From NCBI GenBank assembly GCA_001770775.1, contig MESA01000021.1, forward strand, positions 17,852 to 81,851: a stretch of DNA of 64,000 nt, given 5' to 3'. The position numbers and the translations under genes were made by a program. Shown here piece after piece: positions 38,343 through 48,299 of this stretch (the stretch's first letter is position 1; every line of letters begins with the position of its first letter). The stretch is from Burkholderiales bacterium RIFCSPHIGHO2_12_FULL_63_20 (GTDB lineage: Bacteria > Pseudomonadota > Gammaproteobacteria > Burkholderiales > Burkholderiaceae_C). The notes below the pieces were generated by a model. It was not told the origin of the DNA, did not search any database, and was given only the letters and a program-made list of their open reading frames with translations.

Positions 38343-39514
38343 CAACATCGTCCTCGTGGAAAAAATGGCTGCTCGTGTGTGTGGCCCTGCTCGTGCTCGG
38401 AGGCAGCATTGCCCGCGCCATCATCGCCCGCAAGGCACAGCAAACCGAGCTGGCCCAGAGCACCGAAAGCGCGCAAGCCCGCTCCATTCACCTCGCGCCG
38501 CACGACGTCCACACCGTCCAGACACTCACCCTGAACGGGTCCATCCCCATTTCGGGCAGCCTGGTCGCGCAACGCTCGGCCCTCGTCAAGGCCAAGGTGT
38601 CGGCCGAGCTGCAAGCCCTGCACGTGCGCGAAGGCGACACAGTGCGCCAGGGCCAATCGCTGGGGCAACTCGACACCCAGGAAGTCGGCTTGCGTCGCCA
38701 GCAGGCCCAGCAGCAGGCGGCCTCGGCCAAAGCCATCTGGACCAACGCCGAGCAGACCCTGCGCAACAACCAGGCCCTGGTGCAGCAAGGCTTCATTTCG
38801 CGCCAGGCGCTCGACACCTCGCTGTCCAATGCCGCCTCCACCCGTGCCACCTATGAAGCCGCGCAGGCCGCCGCCCGCCTCGCTGACAAGGCCTGGCAGG
38901 ACACCCGCATCCTCGCTCCCCTGGCCGGCCAGATCGCACAACGCTTCGTGCAACCCGGCGAGCGCCTCAATGTCGATGCCCGCATCGTCGAAATCGTCGA
39001 CCTCGACAGCCTGGAGTGGCAGGTACCGCTGAGCCCCCCCGACGTGGCCCAGGTGCGCGTGGGTGCCACCGCCAGCCTGAACATCGACAGCTTGCCCGAA
39101 GCGCTGAGCGCCCGCATCGCCCGCATCAACCCCAGCGCCACCGCGGACACCCGCTCGGTGATGGTCTACCTGAGCCTGCCCCGCCACCCTGCCCTGCGCC
39201 AGGGCCTGTTCGGTCAAGGCCAGATCACCGTGGACACCCGTGAAGGCCTGGCCATACCGGCCAGCGCCGTCACCCGCGATGGCGGCCGCGACGAGGTGCT
39301 GCGCATCGACGGCGACCGCATCGTGCGTGTGCCCGTGCAGTTGGGCCTGCGTGCCTCACGCGGGAGCGACGCCACCCAACCTCTGGTTGAAATCACCGCA
39401 GGACTCAAAGCCGGCGAGCGCATTCTGAGGGATGCCGCCGGCACCGTACGCGAAGGTGCCCGGGTGACGCTGCGTGCAGCGACGGGCCCGGCCGCTTCGG
39501 CTGCCTCACGCTGA
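38339..39514 (+). CDS. RND efflux membrane fusion (adaptor) protein
   Basis: N-terminal anchor, VKAKVSAEL..LHVREGDTV, ILAPLAGQI and IPASAV; ATGA overlap with TetR. Confidence 0.92.
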   Translation: MTTSSSWKKWLLVCVALLVLGGSIARAIIARKAQQTELAQSTESAQARSIHLAPHDVHTVQTLTLNGSIPISGSLVAQRSALVKAKVSAELQALHVREGDTVRQGQSLGQLDTQEVGLRRQQAQQQAASAKAIWTNAEQTLRNNQALVQQGFISRQALDTSLSNAASTRATYEAAQAAARLADKAWQDTRILAPLAGQIAQRFVQPGERLNVDARIVEIVDLDSLEWQVPLSPPDVAQVRVGATASLNIDSLPEALSARIARINPSATADTRSVMVYLSLPRHPALRQGLFGQGQITVDTREGLAIPASAVTRDGGRDEVLRIDGDRIVRVPVQLGLRASRGSDATQPLVEITAGLKAGERILRDAAGTVREGARVTLRAATGPAASAASR

Positions 39515-39528
39515 AGCGGGCCCGCACC

Positions 39529-42500
39529 ATGTGGTTCACGCGCCTGTCCATTGGCAACCCTGTCCTGGCCACCATGATGATGATGGCCCTGGTGGTGCTC
39601 GGCCTGTTTTCCTACCAGCGCCTCAAGGTCGACCAGTTTCCCGACATCGAGCTGCCCACCCTCGTGGTGCAGATGGCCTACCCCGGTGCCTCGCCCGAGA
39701 TCATCGAAACCGAGGTCACCCGCAAGGTCGAAGAGGCCGTCAACACCGTGGCCGGCATCAGCCAGCTCTACTCGCGCTCTTACGAAGGCAACTCGGTCGT
39801 CATCATCCAGTTCAACATGAGCGTGGACGGCCGCCGTGCCGCCGAGGACGTGCGCGAGAAGCTCTCGGCCATCCGCCCCCTGATGCGTGACGAGGTCGAA
39901 GACCCGCGCGTGCTGCGCTTCGACCCGGCCAACCGCCCCATCTTCTCGCTGGCGCTCACCTCGCCCGACGGCAGCCAGAGCACCCAGGCCCTGACCACCT
40001 ACGCCGACCAGATCCTGCGCAAGCGCCTGGAGAACGTCGAAGGCGTGGGCAGCGTCAACCTGGTGGGCGGTCTCAAGCGCCAGATCAACGTCTACCTGCG
40101 CCCCGACGCCCTCGACGCGCTGGGCCTGCGCGCCGAGCAGATCGCCGCCACCGTGCGCACCGAAAACCAGGACCAACCCGCCGGCAGCGTGCGCACCCGC
40201 GACCGCGAACGCGTCGTGCAGATCGACGCGCGCCTGCGCACTGTCGAGGACTTCCGCCGCGTGGTGGTCGCCACCCGCAACGACCAGCCCATTCGCCTCA
40301 GCCAGGTCGCCGATGTGGTCGATGGTCCGCAGGAAATCGAGACCCTGGCCCTGCTCAACGGCCAACGCACCCTCGCGCTGGAAGTGCTCAAGTCCCAGGG
40401 CGACAACACCCTGGACGTGGTCACAGGACTGCGCGCGGCCATCACCGAGATCACCCCCAGCCTGCCCCCCGGCATGAAGCTCGACGTCGTTCGCGACAGC
40501 AGCCGCCCCATCCGCGTCAGCGTGCAGACCGTGCGCGCCACCCTGATCGAAGGCGCCCTGCTCACCATCATCATCGTCTTCCTGTTCCTGAATTCCTGGC
40601 GCTCCACCGTCATCACCGGCCTGACCCTGCCAATCTCCATCATCGGCACCTTCCTGTTCATGCAGATGTTCGGCTTCTCGCTGAATATGGTCACGCTGAT
40701 GGCCTTGAGCCTGTGTGTGGGCCTGCTCATCGACGACGCCATCGTCGTGCGCGAGAACATCGTGCGCCACCTGCAAATGGGCAAATCCGCCCTGCAAGCG
40801 TCCATCGACGGCACGCAGGAAATCGGCCTGGCCGTGCTCGCCACCACCCTGTCCATCGTCGCCGTCTTCCTGCCCATTGGCTTCATGGGCGGCGTCATCG
40901 GCAAGTTCTTCCATGAATTCGGCATCACCATCGTGGCCGCCGTGCTCATCTCCATGTTCGTGAGCTTCACGCTCGACCCCATGCTGTCGAGCATCTGGCA
41001 CGACCCGGCCATCGGCAAGCACGGCCAGTCGCCGGGCAGCACCGCGCCACGCAGCTGGTACGACCGCAGCTTCGGCCGCCTCACCGGCGCGGTGGACCGC
41101 TGGTCCGAATCGCTCAGCCACGGCTACCAGCACCTGCTGGGTCGTGCGCTCGATCACCCCTGGTGGACGATGGTGCTGGCCGGCGCCACCCTCGTGGGCA
41201 GCCTGGCCCTGATGCCCCTGGTCGGCACCGAGTTCGTCCCCAAGGCCGACTACTCCGAAACCTTCGTCAACTTCCACACCCCCTCGGGCACGTCCATCGA
41301 AGCCACCGAAGCGCGCACCCGCGAGGTCGAACACCTCATCCGCCAGATGCCCGAGGTGGACTACACCCTGTCCACCATCAACACCGGCCAGGCCCTGGGC
41401 CGCAACCAGGTCTCGGTGTACGTGCGCCTGACCGACCGCCACCTCCGCCAGCGCAACGTCGACCAGCTCTCGGCCCCGTTGCGGCAGGCCTTGTCCGCCC
41501 TGCCGGGCGTCACCGTCACGCACGTGGGCCTGCTCGACGCCGTCGCCGGCCTCAAGCCCATCATGCTGTCCATCCAGGGCAGCAACCTGAAAGAGCTGGA
41601 GCGCCTCAACCGTGAAGCCCTGGCCCTGCTGCGCCCCATCCCTGGCCTGGTCGACCTGGACACCAGCCTCAAGGCCGACAAGCCCACGCTCGACATCCGC
41701 GTGCGCCGTGACGCTGCTGCCGACCTGGGCCTGAACGTCAACGCCGTCAGCCAAGCCCTGGGCGTGCTGGTCGAAGGCAAGGTGGTGGGCAGCTGGCGCG
41801 GTGAAGACGAGCAGAACTACGACATCCGCGTCTCCCTGCACCCCGACGCCCGCCGCACCGCCGACGACCTGCGCAACCTCACCTTGGTCGTGGGCACCGA
41901 TGCCCAGGGCCGTCCCCGTCAAGTGCGCCTGAGCCAGGTCGCCGATGTGGTCGAAAGCGTCGGCCCCTCGCAGATCAACCGCCGCGACCTCAACCGCGAA
42001 ATCGAGATCACCGCCAACTTCACGGGCCGCTCCATGGGCGAGGTCTCGGCCGACATCCGCAAGGTGCTCGACCAGATGCCCTGGCCCAGCGGCTACCACT
42101 ACCGCTTCGGTGGCTCCACCAAGGACATGCAGGAGTCCTTCGCCTACGCCCTCTCGGCCCTCGGCCTGGCCATCGTCTTCATCTACATGATCCTGGCCTC
42201 GCAGTTCCGCAGTTTCCTGCAGCCCATCGCGCTGATGAGCTCCCTGCCCCTGACCCTCATCGGCGTGGTCGTCACGCTGCTGGTGTTCGGCTCCACCCTC
42301 AACATGTTCTCCATCATCGGCGTCATCATGCTGATGGGCCTGGTCACCAAGAACGCCATCTTGCTGGTGGACTTTGCCAACCGCGCCCGGGCGGGCGACG
42401 CCGGTGAGGGCCACGACAGCGCCCCGCTGCCCCGCCGCGAGGCCCTGCTGCTGGCCGCGCGCGTGCGCCTGCGCCCCATCCTGATGACCACCCTGGCGAT

Positions 42501-42726
42501 GGTCTTCGGCATGGTGCCGCTGGCCTTTTCACTCACCGAGGGCTCCGAACAACGCGCGCCCATGGGCCAGGCCGTGATCGGCGGCGTGCTGGCCTCCTCC
42601 CTCCTGACCCTGGTCGTGGTGCCGGTGGTCTACACCTTCCTCGATGACCTGTCAGCGTGGCTCAAAAGTCGACTGCATCCGACGAACTTGACCGAGATCC
42701 CCCCCAAATCGGGCGGCTCTTCTTAA
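39529..42726 (+). CDS. RND efflux permease (AcrB/MdtB-like superfamily)
   Basis: DQFPDIELP, proton-relay DDAIVVREN and KNAILLVDF, RLRPILMTT; 1065 aa. Confidence 0.96.
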   Translation: MWFTRLSIGNPVLATMMMMALVVLGLFSYQRLKVDQFPDIELPTLVVQMAYPGASPEIIETEVTRKVEEAVNTVAGISQLYSRSYEGNSVVIIQFNMSVDGRRAAEDVREKLSAIRPLMRDEVEDPRVLRFDPANRPIFSLALTSPDGSQSTQALTTYADQILRKRLENVEGVGSVNLVGGLKRQINVYLRPDALDALGLRAEQIAATVRTENQDQPAGSVRTRDRERVVQIDARLRTVEDFRRVVVATRNDQPIRLSQVADVVDGPQEIETLALLNGQRTLALEVLKSQGDNTLDVVTGLRAAITEITPSLPPGMKLDVVRDSSRPIRVSVQTVRATLIEGALLTIIIVFLFLNSWRSTVITGLTLPISIIGTFLFMQMFGFSLNMVTLMALSLCVGLLIDDAIVVRENIVRHLQMGKSALQASIDGTQEIGLAVLATTLSIVAVFLPIGFMGGVIGKFFHEFGITIVAAVLISMFVSFTLDPMLSSIWHDPAIGKHGQSPGSTAPRSWYDRSFGRLTGAVDRWSESLSHGYQHLLGRALDHPWWTMVLAGATLVGSLALMPLVGTEFVPKADYSETFVNFHTPSGTSIEATEARTREVEHLIRQMPEVDYTLSTINTGQALGRNQVSVYVRLTDRHLRQRNVDQLSAPLRQALSALPGVTVTHVGLLDAVAGLKPIMLSIQGSNLKELERLNREALALLRPIPGLVDLDTSLKADKPTLDIRVRRDAAADLGLNVNAVSQALGVLVEGKVVGSWRGEDEQNYDIRVSLHPDARRTADDLRNLTLVVGTDAQGRPRQVRLSQVADVVESVGPSQINRRDLNREIEITANFTGRSMGEVSADIRKVLDQMPWPSGYHYRFGGSTKDMQESFAYALSALGLAIVFIYMILASQFRSFLQPIALMSSLPLTLIGVVVTLLVFGSTLNMFSIIGVIMLMGLVTKNAILLVDFANRARAGDAGEGHDSAPLPRREALLLAARVRLRPILMTTLAMVFGMVPLAFSLTEGSEQRAPMGQAVIGGVLASSLLTLVVVPVVYTFLDDLSAWLKSRLHPTNLTEIPPKSGGSS

Positions 42727-42780
42727 AATGCCCGTTTTACCCGGATTCATTTCCTTACCGTCTCTCGTAGGATGCCCAGC

Positions 42781-43434
42781 ATGAACGTCGAACAAGCCCG
42801 CTTCAACATGATCGAGCAACAGATCCGCCCCTGGGATGTCCTGGACCCTGCGGTGCTGTCCCTGCTGTCGTCCGTTCACCGCGAAGATTTCGTGCCCGAA
42901 GCCCACCGTGCCCAGGCCTTGATGGACCTGGAAATCCCGCTGGACAACGGCCGTGCCCTGCTGGCCCCGCGCGTGGAAGCCCGCCTGGTGCAAGACCTCA
43001 GCCTGGCCAAGGAAGAAACCGCCCTGCTGATCGGCGCTGCCACCGGCTACATGGCCGCCCTGATGGCCCATCTGGCCCAGCGCGTGGTCGCCATCGACAG
43101 CGATGCCACCCTCGTCTCGGCCGCGCGCGCCAACCTGAAGAAGGCCGGCATCGGCAACGTCGAGGTGGCCCAGGCCGACGGCACCCAGGGCTACCCAGGC
43201 AAGGCACCGTACGACGCCATTTTGCTGGCTGGCTCGGTGGCCGAGGTCCCCCAGGCACTGCTCGACCAACTCAAGCCCGGCGGCCGACTGGTGGCCGTCG
43301 TCGGCCAGCAGCCCATGATGTACGCCACCCGCTACACCCGCGAAGGCCAGGCCCAGTTCAGCAGCCAGCAGCTGTTTGACACCGTGCTGCCGCGCCTGAC
43401 CGGCTTCACCGAACCCAGTCAATTCAAGTTCTGA
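42781..43434 (+). CDS. pcm: Protein-L-isoaspartate O-methyltransferase family protein
   Basis: ARFNMIEQQIRPWDV, PYDAILLAGSV and QLKPGGRL; conserved pcm-tolC pairing. Confidence 0.88.
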   Translation: MNVEQARFNMIEQQIRPWDVLDPAVLSLLSSVHREDFVPEAHRAQALMDLEIPLDNGRALLAPRVEARLVQDLSLAKEETALLIGAATGYMAALMAHLAQRVVAIDSDATLVSAARANLKKAGIGNVEVAQADGTQGYPGKAPYDAILLAGSVAEVPQALLDQLKPGGRLVAVVGQQPMMYATRYTREGQAQFSSQQLFDTVLPRLTGFTEPSQFKF

Positions 43435-43472
43435 GCCCAGCTCGGTCCCGTCCCCACCTGAGGAAACCCAAG

Positions 43473-44876
43473 ATGTTCCAGCACGCTCCTTCATCGCACC
43501 CCCACGCTGCCGCACAACCTTCGTGGCGGCCGTTGGCCCGGGCATGCGCCCTGGCCGTGCTGGGCATGGCGAGCTCCTTGGGTGCGCAGGCCGAGAACCT
43601 CATCGACCTGTACCAGTCGGCGCGTGGCTACGACGCCGCCTTCCTGGCTGCCAAGTCGCAGTTCGATGCTGCGCAGTTCAAGGCCGATCAGGCCCGCTCG
43701 CTCCAACGCCCCTCCGTCAACCTGCAAGCCACCGTCAAGCGCAATCGCCTGGAGTCGTCCCTGCCTGACACCCCCAACGGATTTGGCGGCACCACCAGCT
43801 ACGACAGCACCAGCACCAACAGCCAGTTGGCCGTGGCCGCGCGCCAACCCCTGTTCAACATGGGGAACGCTGCCAAAGTCTCCCAGGCCGAAGCCTCGCT
43901 GAACGCCGCCCAGGCTGACCTCAAGATGGCCGAAGACGATCTGGTGGCCCGCTTGGCACAAGGCTACTTCAACGTACTGGCTGCCCAGGACGTTCTGGCC
44001 ACCGCCAAGGACAACAAGAAAGCCCTGGCCGAGCAACTCGCCTCGGCCAAGCGCAGCTTCGAAGTGGGCAACTCCACCATCACCGACACACGTGAAGCCC
44101 AAGCCCGCTTCGACCTGGCCACCGCCCAGGAAATCGCCGCCACCAACGACTTGCGCGTCAAGCACATCGCCCTCGACCAACTGGTGGGCCGCGCCGACGT
44201 CAAGCCCAACCCTCTGCGCACGCCGGTCAACCTGGAAACCCTGGATCCCGGGCAGATCGACCCCTGGGTGCAGAACACCGGCACTGCGCCCATGGTGCGC
44301 AAGGCCGAAGTGGGCCTGAAGGTTGCCCAACTCGAGGTGGACAACGCCCGCGCCGGCCACATGCCCACCCTGGACGCCGTGGCCCAGGTCGCCCGCACCC
44401 ACATCGATTCCACCAACGCGCTGGCCAAGGCACAAAGCGGTGCCGGCACGGCCGGCTCCATCGGCCTGGAATTCAACATGCCGCTGTATGCCGGCCACGC
44501 CATCCAGAACCGTGTTCGCGAAACCCTGAGCCTGCAAGACAAGGCCGAGCGCGACCTCGACAACGCCCGCCGCAGCGTCGAACTCGGCACGCGTCAGGCC
44601 TACTCGGGCGTTCAGTCCGGTCTGGCTCAGGTCAAGGCCTACGAGGCCGCCGAGTCCTCGGCCAAATTGGCGCTCGAAGCCACCCAGCTGGGCTACCGCG
44701 TCGGCGTGCGCATCAACAAAGATGTGCTGGACGCCCAGACCCAGTTGACCAATACCCAAAAAGACCTCTACAAGGCCCGCTACGACGTGATCATTGGTGC
44801 CATCAAGCTGCGCCAGGCCGCCGGCACCCTCACTGCCAACGACTTGGCTGAACTTAACAAGCTGGTCGCGCCCTGA
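43473..44876 (+). CDS. tolC: TolC family outer membrane channel
   Basis: Signal peptide ...AQAENL, YFNVLAAQD, FEVGNSTITDTREAQARFD, ARAGHMPTLD and GYRVGVRINKDVLDAQ. Confidence 0.93.
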   Translation: MFQHAPSSHPHAAAQPSWRPLARACALAVLGMASSLGAQAENLIDLYQSARGYDAAFLAAKSQFDAAQFKADQARSLQRPSVNLQATVKRNRLESSLPDTPNGFGGTTSYDSTSTNSQLAVAARQPLFNMGNAAKVSQAEASLNAAQADLKMAEDDLVARLAQGYFNVLAAQDVLATAKDNKKALAEQLASAKRSFEVGNSTITDTREAQARFDLATAQEIAATNDLRVKHIALDQLVGRADVKPNPLRTPVNLETLDPGQIDPWVQNTGTAPMVRKAEVGLKVAQLEVDNARAGHMPTLDAVAQVARTHIDSTNALAKAQSGAGTAGSIGLEFNMPLYAGHAIQNRVRETLSLQDKAERDLDNARRSVELGTRQAYSGVQSGLAQVKAYEAAESSAKLALEATQLGYRVGVRINKDVLDAQTQLTNTQKDLYKARYDVIIGAIKLRQAAGTLTANDLAELNKLVAP

Positions 44877-44879
44877 CCC

Positions 44880-47192
44880 TCAGGTCTGATCGGCCGTTAC
44901 CGCCAGCTCATCGACCTTGCGCAGCAACTCGCCCACGTCGATGGGTTTGGTCACATACGCGGCAAAGCCAGCCGCACGGCTGCGCTCCAGATCACGCGGC
45001 ATGGCATTGGCACTGACCGCAACCACAGGAATCCCCCGGGTGGACGGGTGTTCTCGCAAGCACTGCATCACGGCATAGCCGTCCATGTCGGGCAGGTTGA
45101 TGTCCAGCAAAATAAGTTGCGGCTTGTGGGTTCGAGCCAGCTCCAACCCTAGGCCGGGCGCCATCGCGCTGAGCAGACGTACCCCCGGCAACATGCCCAC
45201 CACGCTCTCGATCAACTGCAGGTTGTTCGGGTTGTCCTCGATGCACAGCACCGTGCGGGTCACCGTGCCGGCCCCATCCATCTCCAGGCCACCGTTGCGC
45301 ATCATCCCTCTGGTACCCAGCCGCGCCACACCATCTTCGGCGCGCGGAAGGCGCAGCCAGAAGGTGCTGCCTTGGCCTACCTGACTCTCCACCCCAATCT
45401 GCCCGCCCATCAGGTTCATCAGGCGTTTGCTCAACGCCAGACCGATCCCCGCCCCTTCCGACTGATGCTCGCTCACATCCAGGCGCTCGAAGGGCACGAA
45501 CAGGCGCGCCTGTTGCTCGGGTGTCAAGCCCGCGCCCGTGTCACTGATGCGAACACAGATGCCGTCGTCTGCCAGCACACACGCCACACTCACCACGCCC
45601 GCCGGTTGGTTGTACTTGATGGCGTTGGACAGCAGATTGAGAAACACCTGCTTGAGCCGGGTGCGGTCTGCGCGAACCTGCCATACATCGCTGCAGGCCA
45701 CCTCCAGCAGTCGAATGTCACGCGCCTGCGCCTGGGGGCGCACCACCGCCAAACACTCCTCCAGCAAATCCCGCAAGGCCACCTGCTCCAGGCTCACCGT
45801 CAGCTGACCTGACTCCACACGCGCCAGATCCAGCACCCGATTGATCAAGGCCAGCAGGTGCTTGCCGCCTTGCAGAATGTGGCGAACATGGGCGATCTGC
45901 TGCGACTCCCGCACCGAAAACTCCAGCAACTGCCCAAAGCCCAAAATGGCATTGAGCGGCGTGCGCAGCTCATGGCTCATGCGAGACAGGAATTCGCTCT
46001 TGCTGAGGTTGGCACGCTCGGCCTCGTCCTTGGCCGTGGTGAGTTCGATCGTGCGTGCCGTCACGCGCATCTCCAACTCCTCGTTGAGCTGCTTGAGGCG
46101 CGCCTCGGCTTCCTTGCGCGGTGTCACGTCCCGCGAAATCACGATGTACGTGGCACGGGCACCATTAGGCGCTGCCTTGCGTGCCACAGAAATCTCGAAC
46201 CACTTGGCGCCTGCGGGCACCTCCAGCTCCAGCTCGCGCCCCCAGACCGCCCCAAGTTTCTCCGCATCGCGCAGCGCCTGGTGCACCACTTCGGCCGCGG
46301 CAGGAGGCATGACCTCCCGAACCGTCTTGCCCAGCAGCTTCTCCGAATCCAACAACAGCCACTCGTTTTTCGAGGTCAGCACACGCAGGTAACGCCCTTC
46401 GCCATCCAGCTCGAACAACAGATCGGGCAAGGCCTGCCAAGTGGCCGCCAGTTCCTGACGCAAGGCGTCAAAACCGGTCGCCAAGTCATCAATTTCCCGA
46501 AAACCATCCCGCGGCACCGGCGTACCCCATTCCCCCCGGCGCAAAGCCTGGGATACCTTGTCCAGTTGCGCCAGCGGGCGCGTGACATAGCGCCCCAGCA
46601 ACCAGGCCATCAATCCCATCATCGCCAGCCAACCCAGCATGTCCGGCACACGACCCATCACCTCGGCATGCTGCGCCTGCGCCCGCAGCGTGCTCAGGTC
46701 ATAGGCCACGTACACCACTGCGCGACGCAGGCTGCGCACCTCGTCGTCCCGACTGGGCAAAGCAAAGGACTGCATCGCATCCATGCGCAGGCCGTCGTCG
46801 TGCATCTGCCAATCCGGCAAACGCCCCCGAGCAGCCCCGCGCAAACGACTCAGATCCAGCGTCGGCCAGACCTCGCGCACCGACCGTCCGCGCCAGGCAG
46901 CGCGGTTGGCATTCATCACCTCACCGGCCTCGGTCACCAGCAACACCGCCTGTACCTGCGGGCGGCTCGCCACTTGAGCTACCTGCTCTGACAACAAGTT
47001 CGAGGTTCCAGATGACATCTCGTCAGACAGGCGCACAAGTTGCGCCACGTCGCGCAACAAGTCCAGACGCGCCGACTCGGTCAAGTCCCGCTGCCTCTGA
47101 TGCAGGGCATAAGCCAGGGAAGTCGCCCCGACCACCAACATGGTCAACAGCAAGACCAGCGGCAAGAACACGCGCAGAGATCGCTCTCTCAT
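44880..47192 (-). CDS. Hybrid sensor histidine kinase (periplasmic sensor-HAMP-PAS-HisKA-HATPase-REC)
   Basis: Two TMs, HAMP RPLAQL, PAS ALPDLLFELD, H-box MSHELRTPLN, NLLSNAIKYN, DTGAG, GAGIGL, REC IEDN...LLDINLPDMDG...KPID. Confidence 0.94.
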   Translation of the reverse strand: MRERSLRVFLPLVLLLTMLVVGATSLAYALHQRQRDLTESARLDLLRDVAQLVRLSDEMSSGTSNLLSEQVAQVASRPQVQAVLLVTEAGEVMNANRAAWRGRSVREVWPTLDLSRLRGAARGRLPDWQMHDDGLRMDAMQSFALPSRDDEVRSLRRAVVYVAYDLSTLRAQAQHAEVMGRVPDMLGWLAMMGLMAWLLGRYVTRPLAQLDKVSQALRRGEWGTPVPRDGFREIDDLATGFDALRQELAATWQALPDLLFELDGEGRYLRVLTSKNEWLLLDSEKLLGKTVREVMPPAAAEVVHQALRDAEKLGAVWGRELELEVPAGAKWFEISVARKAAPNGARATYIVISRDVTPRKEAEARLKQLNEELEMRVTARTIELTTAKDEAERANLSKSEFLSRMSHELRTPLNAILGFGQLLEFSVRESQQIAHVRHILQGGKHLLALINRVLDLARVESGQLTVSLEQVALRDLLEECLAVVRPQAQARDIRLLEVACSDVWQVRADRTRLKQVFLNLLSNAIKYNQPAGVVSVACVLADDGICVRISDTGAGLTPEQQARLFVPFERLDVSEHQSEGAGIGLALSKRLMNLMGGQIGVESQVGQGSTFWLRLPRAEDGVARLGTRGMMRNGGLEMDGAGTVTRTVLCIEDNPNNLQLIESVVGMLPGVRLLSAMAPGLGLELARTHKPQLILLDINLPDMDGYAVMQCLREHPSTRGIPVVAVSANAMPRDLERSRAAGFAAYVTKPIDVGELLRKVDELAVTADQT

Positions 47193-48166
47193 GCCACCTC
47201 CGGCAGATAGGCCGGCTCACACAAGGACGTCAGATCGGGCGCCCGATCCAGCAAACGTGTCTCGTGCATGACTCGCCCCACCATCTGGGCCGATTGCAGC
47301 AAGCGCGGCTGCGTGCCACCCAGCCACGCATGGTTCTTCGCCAGATCGGACAGGGTGATGCCTCGAAAAGCCTGTGTCACCTCTTCGGCCGAAACCTGCT
47401 GGTGTGGCGCCATCAGCCGCGCGGCGACCTCAGGCTGCGCCTGCCTGTGGCCAAAGGCACGAAAGTAGCCTTGCAGCAGATGGTGCCATGCGTCGGGCTG
47501 CCCAGGCAAAGCGTCTGCGCGCACCGCCAGCACGTCCAGGATCAAGCCGGGCAGGCGGGTGCTGTCAAGCAGCACCTGCGCGCCCTGCGTCCGCAGTCGA
47601 GACGCGATGGGCTCGAACGTGATGACCACATCCACCTCGCGGCGTGCATACGCCGCGACATGCTGATCCGCCGTCAACGGCACCTTGACCACATCGGCCG
47701 CGCTCAGCCCCGCCGCCTCCAGCAACTTGGCCAACACCACCGCCCCCAGAGCGGTGGACTCCACGCCGATGCGCCGCCCCCGCAACTGGCTGAGCCGGAT
47801 CACGGAAGGATGGGCCAGCACCACATCGGCGCCGTGTGACTCGTCAAACACCAGGATGGCACGTGCGTCCACCCCGCCCTCGCGCACCAACAGCAACTCA
47901 TCGAGGGTCAAAGCCGCGGCAGGCACTTGGCCATTGACCAGCGCCATCATGCTGGCCGTGTTGGACGGAAACTCCTGCAGCCGCACCTCACGCTCACGGA
48001 GGTAACCCAGCTCAGCGGCCAGATGAAGCAAGGCATAGCCCACCCACGCATTGAGCGCCACCTGTACCGGGTCACGCGGCGCGGCACACCCGCTCAGAGC
48101 CCAGGGCCACACCGGCGCCCCCCACAGCACGCCACCGCTCCTCGTCAGCCATGTACGTCGATTCAT
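47189..48166 (-). CDS. NitT/TauT (SsuA/THI5-like) periplasmic binding protein, probable Tat lipoprotein
   Basis: NRRTWL twin-Arg-like leader and LSGC lipobox; NAWVGYALL, DESHGADVV, LRGRRIGVE and TFEP motifs; ATGA overlap with the kinase. Confidence 0.85.
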   Translation of the reverse strand: MNRRTWLTRSGGVLWGAPVWPWALSGCAAPRDPVQVALNAWVGYALLHLAAELGYLREREVRLQEFPSNTASMMALVNGQVPAAALTLDELLLVREGGVDARAILVFDESHGADVVLAHPSVIRLSQLRGRRIGVESTALGAVVLAKLLEAAGLSAADVVKVPLTADQHVAAYARREVDVVITFEPIASRLRTQGAQVLLDSTRLPGLILDVLAVRADALPGQPDAWHHLLQGYFRAFGHRQAQPEVAARLMAPHQQVSAEEVTQAFRGITLSDLAKNHAWLGGTQPRLLQSAQMVGRVMHETRLLDRAPDLTSLCEPAYLPEVA

Positions 48167-48299
48167 TTTTTGTACTTTTGGGGCGACCCCTGCGTGCGCG
48201 CCTCGTCACCCCGCCTGCCAGCGCGCTACATATTTTTACACTTTAGCGAGGCAACAACATGTCTTCTCTCACGCCAAGACGCCAGCCGCCGTGTCACGC

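Noticed and set aside
39214-42414. 1066-aa minus-strand ORF opposite the RND permease
   Set aside because: Antisense shadow of a strongly biased gene; His/Gly/Gln-rich, non-protein-like composition.
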